Shown here piece after piece: positions 7,294-15,563 of a stretch of DNA of 32,000 nt. Position 1 is the first letter of the stretch, and each line of letters opens with the position of its first letter. This DNA comes from Halalkalibacterium halodurans. Its GTDB lineage: Bacteria > Bacillota > Bacilli > Bacillales > Bacillaceae_D. The notes beneath the pieces are model-generated. The model ran no database searches and was not told where the DNA came from. It saw nothing but the letters and a program-made list of their open reading frames with translations. Location: NCBI RefSeq assembly GCF_004376175.1, contig NZ_SNUY01000002.1, positions 108,325-140,324 on the forward strand. The letters are read 5' to 3'. A program made the translations under genes and the position numbers.

Positions 7294-8193
7294 ATGAGTT
7301 TAACAATTGATGGGGTAACCAAAAAGTTTGGCACCTTTACGGCCGTGAATAATTTACACGTGTCTGTTCCAAAGGGAGAGATGTTCGGAATGCTCGGAGC
7401 AAACGGTGCCGGTAAGACGACAACGTTTCGTATGATTCTTGGGTTGCTTGAACCGACAGAAGGAACGATTCATTGGCGAGAACAACCTTTAACTTATAAA
7501 CGGACGAACTGCATCGGCTATTTACCTGAAGAGCGAGGATTATATCCAAAGCTTACCGTCAAAGAGCAACTCAAGTACCTTGGACGGCTAAAAGGGATGA
7601 AAACTCAAGACATTCAAAAAGAAATGAAAATGTGGTTGGAGCGGTTTGAAGTACCTGAATATGAACATAAACGAGTCGAACAGCTTTCAAAAGGTAATCA
7701 ACAAAAAATTCAATTCATTGCGTCTGTCCTTCATCGGCCAGAGTTACTCATTTTAGATGAACCGTTCTCTGGATTGGATCCTGTCAATGTAGAACTACTG
7801 AAAAAAGCCGTCATTGACTTGAAAAAAGAAGGAACGACAATTTTATTCTCGAGTCATCGAATGGAGCACGTGGAGGAATTGTGCCAGCATCTATGCATTT
7901 TGCATCGGGGTTCACCAGTCGTCGAAGGAAATTTGAAGAATATCAAAAGAAGCTTTGGTAAGAAAAACGTTATCATTCAAGGGGAGTTTGCGCTTGAACC
8001 CCTCGTCGACATTCCAGGTGTCCTACGCCATCAAGAGACAAGTGCAGGTGCAAAATTTCAGATAGCAAATGAAGAAACAGCAAAGCTTCTTTTTCAAGCA
8101 GTAGCGACAGCAGGGTTCGTGCAAAAATTCGAATTAGAGGAACCGAGCCTGCATGACATTTTTGTAGAGAAGGTAGGGACGCGATATGAATAA
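7294..8193 (+). CDS. yhaQ: ABC transporter ATP-binding protein, NatA/YhaQ-like
   Basis: AAAGGAG (7280-7286) lies 7 nt before ATG 7294, giving 299 aa. Walker A is GANGAGKTT, the signature is LSKGNQQK, and Walker B is LLILDEPFSGLD. It is followed by an ABC-2 permease, as in B. subtilis yhaQ-yhaP. Confidence 0.8.
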   Translation: MSLTIDGVTKKFGTFTAVNNLHVSVPKGEMFGMLGANGAGKTTTFRMILGLLEPTEGTIHWREQPLTYKRTNCIGYLPEERGLYPKLTVKEQLKYLGRLKGMKTQDIQKEMKMWLERFEVPEYEHKRVEQLSKGNQQKIQFIASVLHRPELLILDEPFSGLDPVNVELLKKAVIDLKKEGTTILFSSHRMEHVEELCQHLCILHRGSPVVEGNLKNIKRSFGKKNVIIQGEFALEPLVDIPGVLRHQETSAGAKFQIANEETAKLLFQAVATAGFVQKFELEEPSLHDIFVEKVGTRYE

Positions 8194-9463
8194 TTTTTGG
8201 ACGGTCGTTGGCCATTCCTATATGAACAAAGTGAAATCAAAAGTATTCGTCATCTCGACAGCGGTTACCCTCACCTTCGTGCTCTTGTTTGCCAATGTGG
8301 ACTTGATTATCAATCTGTTTGAAGCGGGAGAGTCGAAGGAGCCAGCACATGTTGCTATCCTTGACGAAACGGGCGAATGGTATCCGGCGATTGCAGAGGT
8401 GCTGGACAGAGAACAATCAGCTATTGTGCTGACCTCTTTTACAGAGTCCGAGAAGGAGGGGCAAGAAGCTGTATCTTCTGGTCAGTTTGACGGAATGCTT
8501 GTGCTGAGGGAAGGGGCAGATGTACCGGAGGCAACATATTATTATCAGTCGGTTAATCAAGCCGTAACGGCCGAACTTCAGCATGGAATGCAAACAGTGA
8601 AAGAAGCACAGGCAACGGCTGATCTCGGTCTGTCTGACGAACAACTCCAGCAAATCTACGCCCCTGTTTCATTTACGACAGAACCTGTAGAGGAAGGGGA
8701 AGGTGCTGTTAAAACCGAAGAAGAGGTTGCTCAGGCTTCATTCCTTGTAGTGATCTTATTATTCGTTATCTATTTTTCAGTGATCATGTATTGCAGTATG
8801 ATCGCCACCGAAGTGGCAACGGAAAAATCCTCCCGAGTGATGGAAATTTTGATTTCAAGTGTATCCCCTGTTACCCATATGTTCGGGAAAATTGTCGGTA
8901 TTGCTCTTGTGGCACTCAGTCAATTTTTTCTCATTGTACTCATAGGAGGAGTGAATGCACTTCTTCGGATGTCAGCTGGAACAGGAGAAGGGTTAGGGGT
9001 GGTGAGTGATTTCGTATCGTTAGACGCATTACCTGTCGGACTAATGATGTACGCACTATTGTTTTACATTTTAAGCTACTTTTTATTTGCTACTCTTGCA
9101 GCCATGCTCGGTTCCATCGTCAGTCGCATTGAAGATGTAAACTCAGCGGTAGGCCCGATTAATTTCCTCGTCATCGTTGCGTTTTTTATCGCTATGTTTG
9201 GTATGAATGCACCAGAGTCATCGTTTGTCACGGTTACGTCATTCGTCCCGTTTTTCACACCGATGATTATGTTTTTGCGGGTGGGAATGCTTGATGTCCC
9301 GTTATGGGAAGTCGCCCTATCCATTGCCCTTTTAGTAGGAACGATCGGATTGTTTGCAATACTAGCTGCCCGTGTCTATCGAGGAGGGGTGCTATTATAT
9401 GGGAATAGCTCTTCGTGGAAACATATAAAAACGGCGCTTGCTCTATCAAAACGAGAAAGATAG
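8186..9463 (+). CDS. yhaP: ABC-2 type permease, NatB/YhaP-like
   Basis: 425 aa with an 8-nt overlap with the ATPase gene. It has an N-terminal TM segment, a large acidic extracytoplasmic loop and then 5-6 C-terminal TM segments, which is the NatB architecture. Confidence 0.8.
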   Translation: MNNFWTVVGHSYMNKVKSKVFVISTAVTLTFVLLFANVDLIINLFEAGESKEPAHVAILDETGEWYPAIAEVLDREQSAIVLTSFTESEKEGQEAVSSGQFDGMLVLREGADVPEATYYYQSVNQAVTAELQHGMQTVKEAQATADLGLSDEQLQQIYAPVSFTTEPVEEGEGAVKTEEEVAQASFLVVILLFVIYFSVIMYCSMIATEVATEKSSRVMEILISSVSPVTHMFGKIVGIALVALSQFFLIVLIGGVNALLRMSAGTGEGLGVVSDFVSLDALPVGLMMYALLFYILSYFLFATLAAMLGSIVSRIEDVNSAVGPINFLVIVAFFIAMFGMNAPESSFVTVTSFVPFFTPMIMFLRVGMLDVPLWEVALSIALLVGTIGLFAILAARVYRGGVLLYGNSSSWKHIKTALALSKRER

Positions 9464-9494
9464 GCATCTAGTGGAAAAAGTTCAAAAATCATTT

Positions 9495-9522
9495 TTGAAA
9501 CTGCCATAGAGTGTGGTATGAT
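9495..9522 (+). promoter_or_regulatory. candidate sigma-A promoter with an extended -10 for the mifM-like / yidC unit
   Basis: TTGAAA (9495-9500), 16-nt spacer, TGG-TATGAT (9514-9522). Confidence 0.5.
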
Positions 9523-9551
9523 GAAAATACTTTGTGATAGAAAGGAGGCGA

Positions 9552-9827
9552 ATGAGCGTGCTTGACGTCCTTTCAGAAATGGTGGCACTATCGTTGACAA
9601 TTGCCCTAGCGGTAATGGTGATTACGGCTTTTACACCACTTTACTTTCGCACTGTAGATCGGCCATTTCGGTTAAATTGGCAGCGGAAGCAATTGGATTC
9701 GACGCATATGTCAAGTGATGTGTCCGCGTTCATTCGTCCTTTATCGGTTGTTCATCATCCGAAGGTTCACTCGATTAAGGATAAATCGTCAGCAGATGAA
9801 GAGGCTCCTTCTTTTATACTCGCTTGA
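9552..9827 (+). CDS. mifM: MifM-like regulatory nascent-chain (arrest peptide) protein upstream of yidC
   Basis: AAAGGAGG lies at 9541-8. The start is ATG 9552 (3-nt spacing) or in-frame GTG 9558 (9-nt spacing). There is a single N-terminal TM segment ([23 protein letters not shown]). The C-terminal tail [13 protein letters not shown] has an acidic cluster just before the stop. The last codons form the 5' arm of a stem that sequesters the yidC SD. This call rests on architecture, not sequence similarity. Confidence 0.55.
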   Translation: MSVLDVLSEMVALSLTIALAVMVITAFTPLYFRTVDRPFRLNWQRKQLDSTHMSSDVSAFIRPLSVVHHPKVHSIKDKSSADEEAPSFILA

Positions 9828-9862
9828 CAGAAAAAAGAACAACATCGGCTTAAAAGAAGGAG
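9805..9862 (+). promoter_or_regulatory. SD-sequestering stem-loop controlling yidC translation
   Basis: CTCCTTCTTTTA (9805-9816) is the exact reverse complement of TAAAAGAAGGAG (9851-9862). The 3' arm contains the yidC SD AAGGAGG (9857-9863). The loop is 34 nt. Confidence 0.7.
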
Positions 9863-9876
9863 GATATTTGAATTAT

Positions 9877-10710
9877 ATGAAACGTCGTTTATTACTTTTC
9901 GCAGGGATTTTACTATTGGTAGCTTTAGCAGGTTGTAGTACAACGGATCCAATTACATCAGAATCGGAAGGAATTTGGAACCACTTTTTCGTATATCCGA
10001 TGTCATGGCTAATTACAACGGTGGCGAACTTGCTAAACGGTAGCTACGGGCTTTCCATTATCATTGTCACCATCTTGATTCGTTTAGCTCTTTTACCTTT
10101 AACGTTAAAGCAGCAAAAAAGCATGCGTGCCATGCAAGTGATTCGCCCTGAAATGGAAGCCATTCAGAAAAAATATAAAGAGAAGGGATCAAAAGATCCG
10201 AAAGTACAGCAAGAAATGCAAAAGGAACTTCTTGGATTATATCAAAAGCATGGGGTAAACCCGATGGCAGGGTGTCTGCCTCTCTTTATCCAATTACCAA
10301 TTCTCATGGCGTTCTATTTTGCGATTATGAGAACAGAGGAGATTCGTTATCATACGTTTTTATGGTTTGATCTAGGACAACCTGACTACATTTTGCCTTT
10401 TGTTGCTGGGATCACAACGTATTTTCAGTTTAAAATGACGATGAGCCATCAGCAACAGATGCAAAAGACGAATCCGTCCGATTCCGATAACCCAATGGCG
10501 AACATGATGCAAATGCAGATGAAAGTGATGCTTTATGTAATGCCGGTTATGATCATCATCGCGGGGCTATCCCTTCCATCGGCTCTTTCCCTATACTGGG
10601 TGATCGGGAACATCTTTATGATTATTCAAACGTACTTTATCGTCGTTAAAGCACCACCGTTAGAAGTCGAACAAACCAAGCAAAAATCATCGAAACCTAA
10701 CAAAGCTTAA
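9877..10710 (+). CDS. yidC: membrane protein insertase YidC/OxaA family, lipoprotein type (YidC2/YqjG-like paralogue)
   Basis: The lipobox signal is [20 protein letters not shown], and the protein is 277 aa. The conserved YidC core includes [22 protein letters not shown] and [15 protein letters not shown]. In-frame TTG 9868 is an alternative start. The track start at 9715 overlaps mifM and is rejected. Confidence 0.85.
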
Positions 10711-10733
10711 GGCCTGTGCCTTAAGCTTTTTTT
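10703..10733 (+). terminator. intrinsic terminator after yidC
   Basis: 11-bp stem AAGCTTAAGGC (10703-10713) / GCCTTAAGCTT (10718-10728), loop CTGT, with the T-run reaching 10733. Confidence 0.85.
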
Positions 10734-10827
10734 ATGAATGATCGGATGGTTGTTAGATGAAATAGTCATTCACCTATAGGTATGAGGATGAATAGCATAG
10801 AAAGAAAAAGAAGAGGAGGATGATGTC

Positions 10828-11184
10828 ATGAATATGCAAATGCTTTGTCAACAGCACTTGCATCAAATGGTTCAAGTGAACACTCACCCGTACGGAACCT
10901 ATAAAGGGTTTTTGGAACAGGTCGATCATGAAAATGTATCTTTGTTGGTGCCGATTGATGATAACGGTGATTATATGGAGATGGATAATGAAAGCTTATT
11001 TTATTCAATGAATGGCCAGGTACCACAGCAAATGATGGGAGCAAGGGGGGAAGAACGCTTTTACCCATATTATCCGTACCCTTATTTTTATCCATATCCT
11101 TATCCATTTTTTCCACGCCCGAGGCGCTGGGGACGACTCATTTTACCATTAGCTGCATTGACAGCTATCGCTGCCTTGTATTAA
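10828..11184 (+). CDS. hypothetical protein with a Pro/Tyr-rich repeat and a C-terminal hydrophobic anchor
   Basis: GAGGAGGA RBS, 118 aa. The N-terminal part (VQVNTHPYGTYKGFLEQVDHENVSLLVP) looks like a small beta-barrel domain. It is followed by FYPYYPYPYFYPYPYPFFPRPRRW and then LILPLAALTAIAALY. Confidence 0.65.
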   Translation: MNMQMLCQQHLHQMVQVNTHPYGTYKGFLEQVDHENVSLLVPIDDNGDYMEMDNESLFYSMNGQVPQQMMGARGEERFYPYYPYPYFYPYPYPFFPRPRRWGRLILPLAALTAIAALY

Positions 11185-11214
11185 AGAAAGGTGAAAGAAT
11201 AACAATAGAAGGTC

Positions 11215-11251
11215 GGAGCTGTCTCAAAAGTCTATCTTTTGAGGCAGCTCC
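11215..11251 (+). terminator. terminator-like hairpin formed by the left IR and an inverted inner copy
   Basis: 16-bp stem 11215-11230 / 11236-11251 with one G-U pair, loop TCTAT, followed by TTTGCTTATT. Confidence 0.5.
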
Positions 11252-13177
11252 TTTGCTTATTCGTTCGAAATGGCGACTTGGCGGACGCTTTCCGCGGGCA
11301 ACGCTCCAGCTTCCTCGAGAACCCCACTCTCGGCGATCTTCCGCTGTTGCTTTTCCCGCAGGAGTCGCCGCCTGTCGCTCGTTTGACTCCCATTAACGCG
11401 CGAAAGAACATACAAAAAAATCGCCCAATCGTTTAAAATGAAGGTACCACTACCAAAATTCAAACGAAAGAAGGCGATTTTTTTGCGTAACCAAACGGCT
11501 ACTTATCAGCAGTATACCATGAATCAACTCGTGCTTCCTATGGATTTTTCCGATCTCATTCCAGAGAACCATGTAGCACGTGTGGTGAATGACATGGTCG
11601 AATCGTTGGATGATCAGCTATTTGACGAGGTATACAAAGGGGGCGGTCGTCCTGCATATCACCCGAAAATGATGACGAAAATCCTATTGTACGGGTACAC
11701 GCAAAAGTGGTTTTCGTGTCGTGCGATCGCCAAGGCTTTGACCGAACATCTTCCGATGATGTGGCTCGCCGCCAGACAGACACCCGACTTCCGGACGATT
11801 AATCGGTTTCGCTCGGAACGATTGAAACCGTTGATGGATACATTGTTTTCGGCATTGACGCATCTTCTGATCAAGGAAGGCTACGTCGATGGATCATCGT
11901 ACTTTCTGGATGGGACGAAAATCGAAGCGAACGCCAATAAGTATACATTTGTTTGGAAAAAGAGCGTCCAAAAATATGAAGAGAAGCTTCAACTTAAGAT
12001 CGATGAAATGCTTCAAGAAATCGAGAAGCAAGTGGAACTGGATCGCATCCAGATCCAACAGGAGACAAACGCAGAGGAAAAGCGTATCTCCAGTGAAGTG
12101 CTTCAAGCCGTCGCCCGATCCGTGGAACAGGAACTCATCAAAAGAGACGAACAGATCAAAGAAACGGCAGACCAGAAAGAGAAGCAAGCACAAAAACAAG
12201 CGCTCAAACCGCTCCGAAAGATCTATCGGACACTCACGACCGACACCTTGCCTCGGCTTCGGAAGTATGAAACGTCTTTTCGCCTCTTGGGGGAGCGGAA
12301 TAGCTATTCGAAAACCGATCCAGATGCCACCTTTATGCGGATGAAAGACGATCACATGAAGAATGGGCAGTTAAAAGCAGGCTACAACTGGCAGATTGGG
12401 ACTCAGGATCAGTTTATTCTTTTTTATACGGTCCATCCGAATCCTACTGACACCCGCTGCCTTCTTCCCCACGTGGAGGCTCTCAAAGAGAGCGGACTTC
12501 CTCTTCCGAAGACATTGATTGCCGATGCGGGCTATGGGAGTGAATCTAATTATGTGGCGATGGCAGACGAACTGTTTGAGACGCTCATTCCCTCCCATAC
12601 ATTCCGCCAAGAACAGAAACGTTCCTTTGCGAAGAAACGCTTTCATCCCTACAACTGGAGGTATGATGAGACGGACGATGTGTACTGGTGCCCAAATCAG
12701 CGGAAAGTCTCTTTTAAACGATACACCAAGCGGACCGATCCGTATGGGTATGCACGGGATTTTAAAGTCTATGAGTGTGAGTCATGTGAAGGATGTCCGT
12801 TGAAGCCGGAGTGTACGAAGGCCCGGGGAAATCGACAGGTACACTACAACCCGGTGTATGAGGAACTGAAAGCGAAGCAACATCAAAAACTGAAAAGCGA
12901 AGAAGGCCGAACGCTCTACCAAAAAAGAAAAACGGATGTGGAGAGCGTATTTGGTCATGTTAAACAAAACCTCGGCTTCCGAAGGCTACATCTTCGTGGC
13001 AAGGAAAGCGTGCACATCGAACTCGGGCTTGTGGCTCTTGCCCACAACCTAAGGAAACGAGCGACGGTGGATCGTCGCTCGAAGGAACTAAAGAATACAA
13101 ATCAACACAAAAATCGGGAGAACCGCATCAAACGGTTCTCCCGATTTTATGTTTTAAGGTGCTTTTGGGACAGCTCC
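11215..13177 (+). mobile_element. IS1182-family insertion sequence, copy 1 (1963 bp), no target-site duplication seen
   Basis: The terminal 16-bp IR is GGAGCTGTCTCAAAAG (11215-11230) versus the reverse complement of 13162-13177 (GGAGCTGTCCCAAAAG), matching 15 of 16. It carries a single long transposase ORF. The flanks GGTC and ATTA are not repeated. Confidence 0.8.
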
Positions 13178-13201
13178 ATTATGCAATGGACAAGCTATTG
13201 A
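11483..13201 (+). CDS. IS1182-family DDE transposase
   Basis: The N-terminus YQQYTMNQLVLPMDF aligns with MFKQYTMNQIVLPLDL of the second copy. Shared blocks are GRPAYHPKMM, DGTKIEANANK(Y/F)TFVWKKSV, ERNSYSKTDPDATFMRMKDDxMKNGQLKAGYN, and ADAGYGSE. The likely start is TTG 11483 after AAAGAAGG (alternatives are 11438 and 11519). The ORF reads through the right IR. Confidence 0.85.
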   Translation: MRNQTATYQQYTMNQLVLPMDFSDLIPENHVARVVNDMVESLDDQLFDEVYKGGGRPAYHPKMMTKILLYGYTQKWFSCRAIAKALTEHLPMMWLAARQTPDFRTINRFRSERLKPLMDTLFSALTHLLIKEGYVDGSSYFLDGTKIEANANKYTFVWKKSVQKYEEKLQLKIDEMLQEIEKQVELDRIQIQQETNAEEKRISSEVLQAVARSVEQELIKRDEQIKETADQKEKQAQKQALKPLRKIYRTLTTDTLPRLRKYETSFRLLGERNSYSKTDPDATFMRMKDDHMKNGQLKAGYNWQIGTQDQFILFYTVHPNPTDTRCLLPHVEALKESGLPLPKTLIADAGYGSESNYVAMADELFETLIPSHTFRQEQKRSFAKKRFHPYNWRYDETDDVYWCPNQRKVSFKRYTKRTDPYGYARDFKVYECESCEGCPLKPECTKARGNRQVHYNPVYEELKAKQHQKLKSEEGRTLYQKRKTDVESVFGHVKQNLGFRRLHLRGKESVHIELGLVALAHNLRKRATVDRRSKELKNTNQHKNRENRIKRFSRFYVLRCFWDSSIMQWTSY

Positions 13202-13224
13202 CGATGGCTGAAATTTGCTATACT
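13198..13224 (+). promoter_or_regulatory. candidate promoter just outside the IS right end, facing the two-component operon
   Basis: TTGACG (13198-13203), 15-nt spacer, TGC-TATACT (13216-13224). The short spacer lowers confidence. Confidence 0.35.
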
Positions 13225-13442
13225 ACATAATAGATAGATAAAGGGCTCTCTTTAGTGAATTTTCTTCGAGATAAAGGGTGTTTTCCCAGGAAATAATATG
13301 GAATGAGACTTAAAAGCCGTGGTCGTTTCATGAAAAGTATGGGAAACCGATCAAAAAGTTTGAATTCGTTTATTCTCGGATTGAAAATCAGTTAAAATAA
13401 TCGATAAGTATCGCTAGAAAGCGGTATAAAGGAGGATGCAAG

Positions 13443-14126
13443 ATGTCGGAATATCTCGTGCATTTAGTAGAAGATGAAGCAAATCTTTCTGAAGTATTAA
13501 AAGCGTATCTTGAAAAAGAAGGATGGAGTGTGAGAGTGTTTACTGATGGAAATGCAGCACAAGAAGCCATTAGTGAACAACAGCCTCACTTATGGATACT
13601 AGATATTATGCTTCCGGGAACAGATGGTTATCAATTATTAAAGCAAATTAAAGAAAAAGGGGATACCCCTGTCATTTTCATCTCGGCTCGGGATCAAGAC
13701 TTGGATCGGGTTTTAGGACTTGAGATGGGGAGTGACGATTATTTAGCTAAGCCTTTTCTGCCGCAAGAATTAATTATTCGAGCGAAAAAGCTTTTAAATC
13801 GTGTTTACGGTTCCTCGTCACAGGAGCAACGAAAGATCGAAATTAATCATTATGTCATTGATCCAGTGGGACGTACGGTCATCGATCAAGAAAATAATGA
13901 TGAGTCTGTCGATTTGACAACAAAAGAGATGGATTTAATCTTGCTATTGACAGGAGACATCGGCAAAGCATTCTCTCGAGAGCGGATCATTGAGCATGTT
14001 TGGGGAGAAAATTATTTCGGCTCTGAGCGTGCGGTTGATGATGTCGTTCGGAGGGTGCGTAAGAAAATGCCGCGGATTCATTTAGAGACATTATATGGGT
14101 ACGGGTACAGGGTTCTCTCTTCATGA
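13443..14126 (+). CDS. OmpR/PhoB-family response regulator
   Basis: AAAGGAGG RBS, 227 aa. The receiver domain has DEAN, LDIMLPGTDG and KP motifs. The winged-helix output region includes LTTKEMDLILLL and GYGYRV. Confidence 0.9.
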   Translation: MSEYLVHLVEDEANLSEVLKAYLEKEGWSVRVFTDGNAAQEAISEQQPHLWILDIMLPGTDGYQLLKQIKEKGDTPVIFISARDQDLDRVLGLEMGSDDYLAKPFLPQELIIRAKKLLNRVYGSSSQEQRKIEINHYVIDPVGRTVIDQENNDESVDLTTKEMDLILLLTGDIGKAFSRERIIEHVWGENYFGSERAVDDVVRRVRKKMPRIHLETLYGYGYRVLSS

Positions 14127-15553
14127 TTCGCGTCAATTTAACACAAAGGATTTGGCTTGCCTTTTCCTCACTCATCTTTCTCGTGGGACTGTCAATCATT
14201 ATTATTTATCCTATTTCGATTAAAGGAACGATGACAGAAGAGACCTATCGTATGATCGAATTAGCGCAGGCACGTCAGGTGAACCCTTTGATTGATTATA
14301 TGAATCCGCCGCGAAATGATGTCGATTTCCGAGAACGCCAAGAAGCCGATACGTTCGTTTACCACTTTCAAATTAATTCATCTCTCGGTGAATCTGCCTA
14401 TGGAGATGTTCCACAGCCGACCGAGGTGTTACATGAAATGGCCCAAAAGGCGTTTAATCAAGAGCAGTCCAGAGGTCGTTACGAATTAAGCTATAATGGT
14501 GCAACGATTTTTTATGTGGTAACGAAATTTAACAGCTTTGGGCGAGAAGGCTATTTAATCTCTTACATGTGGGACACGTATCGCGATTCGATGGTCAACC
14601 GATTATGGGAACGACTGCTTTATATTTTATTGCTCTCAAGTGCCCTAAGTTTGTTGCCGGCCATTTGGTTAAAGCATTATTTGCGTCAGCCGCTCATTCT
14701 ATTAGGAAACCGTCTCGAACAAATAGCTGATCGAAATTGGAAAGAGCCTTTCAAGTGGGAAGGCGACGAAGATTTTCAGAAGCTATCAAATCAATTTGAA
14801 CGGATGCGGCAAAACCTTGTTCGCTATGACCAGTCACAGAAAACATTTATTCAGCACGCCTCTCATGAATTAAAGACGCCGATTATGGTTATTAAAAGCT
14901 ATGCCCAATCAGTAAAAGATGGCATTTTACCAAAAGATTCGATTGAGAAGACAATGGATGTCATTTCGGAAGAAGCGAATCGTATGGAGCGTCGAGTGAT
15001 TGACATGCTCTATTACACAAAGCTCGATTCGATTAAAGAGGAACGGGTGGAGCACTCGGTGTTTCTCTTTGGTAAAGTTGCGTTTACGATCGAAGAACGT
15101 TTTCGCATGCAGCGGGAAGATGTAAAAATAATTGTTGAAGGCGCAGATAAGAAAATATTTGGAGATGAAGAACAAATTGAAGTTCTTCTCGAAAATTTAA
15201 TAGAAAACGCCTTACGTTATGCAAAAGATACCATTTGGATTCGAGCAACCGAAGATGCTGACTTGTTGAAAATTAGCGTTGAAAACAACGGCAAGCCCAT
15301 TCCGGATGCAGATCTACCACAATTGTTTAATCCGTTTTATAAAGGAAACAAAGGGAAGTTTGGGCTCGGGCTTGCGATAGTTAAGCAAATTGCTGAACTC
15401 CACCAAGGAGAAGCGATCGTTGAAAATACGGGACAAGGTGTGAAATTTACGATCTCGATTCCTGCTGTGAAAGAGGAAAAAGAGAAGAAGCAGAAGAAAA
15501 GGCGAGATCGAAAAGTAACTAATGGAGAAGGAGTTCAAAAACGTTTAAAGTAG
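14123..15553 (+). CDS. membrane sensor histidine kinase (HisKA + HATPase_c)
   Basis: ATGA overlap with the regulator gene. It has two TM segments flanking a periplasmic-type loop. The H-box is FIQHASHELKTPI, the N-box is ENLIENALRYA, and the G-box is GKFGLGLAIVKQIAELH. It ends in a Lys/Arg-rich C-terminal tail. Confidence 0.9.
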   Translation: MIRVNLTQRIWLAFSSLIFLVGLSIIIIYPISIKGTMTEETYRMIELAQARQVNPLIDYMNPPRNDVDFRERQEADTFVYHFQINSSLGESAYGDVPQPTEVLHEMAQKAFNQEQSRGRYELSYNGATIFYVVTKFNSFGREGYLISYMWDTYRDSMVNRLWERLLYILLLSSALSLLPAIWLKHYLRQPLILLGNRLEQIADRNWKEPFKWEGDEDFQKLSNQFERMRQNLVRYDQSQKTFIQHASHELKTPIMVIKSYAQSVKDGILPKDSIEKTMDVISEEANRMERRVIDMLYYTKLDSIKEERVEHSVFLFGKVAFTIEERFRMQREDVKIIVEGADKKIFGDEEQIEVLLENLIENALRYAKDTIWIRATEDADLLKISVENNGKPIPDADLPQLFNPFYKGNKGKFGLGLAIVKQIAELHQGEAIVENTGQGVKFTISIPAVKEEKEKKQKKRRDRKVTNGEGVQKRLK

Positions 15554-15563
15554 GGATGTTTAG

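Noticed and set aside
9715-9876. N-terminal extension of the yidC ORF (track start 9715)
   Set aside because: It overlaps the mifM-like ORF out of frame and has no RBS. The lipoprotein signal peptide and SD point to 9877 as the real start.
11239-11463. 65-aa (+) and 68-aa (-) ORFs in the GC-rich leader of IS copy 1
   Set aside because: They have no RBS and mirror each other on opposite strands. The open frames are explained by GC-rich composition. The region is treated as untranslated IS leader.
11889-12355. 151-aa (+) and 153-aa (-) ORFs inside the transposase of IS copy 1
   Set aside because: They fall in the Lys/Glu-rich coiled-coil segment of the transposase, where purine-rich repetitive codons keep alternative frames open. 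Neither has an RBS.
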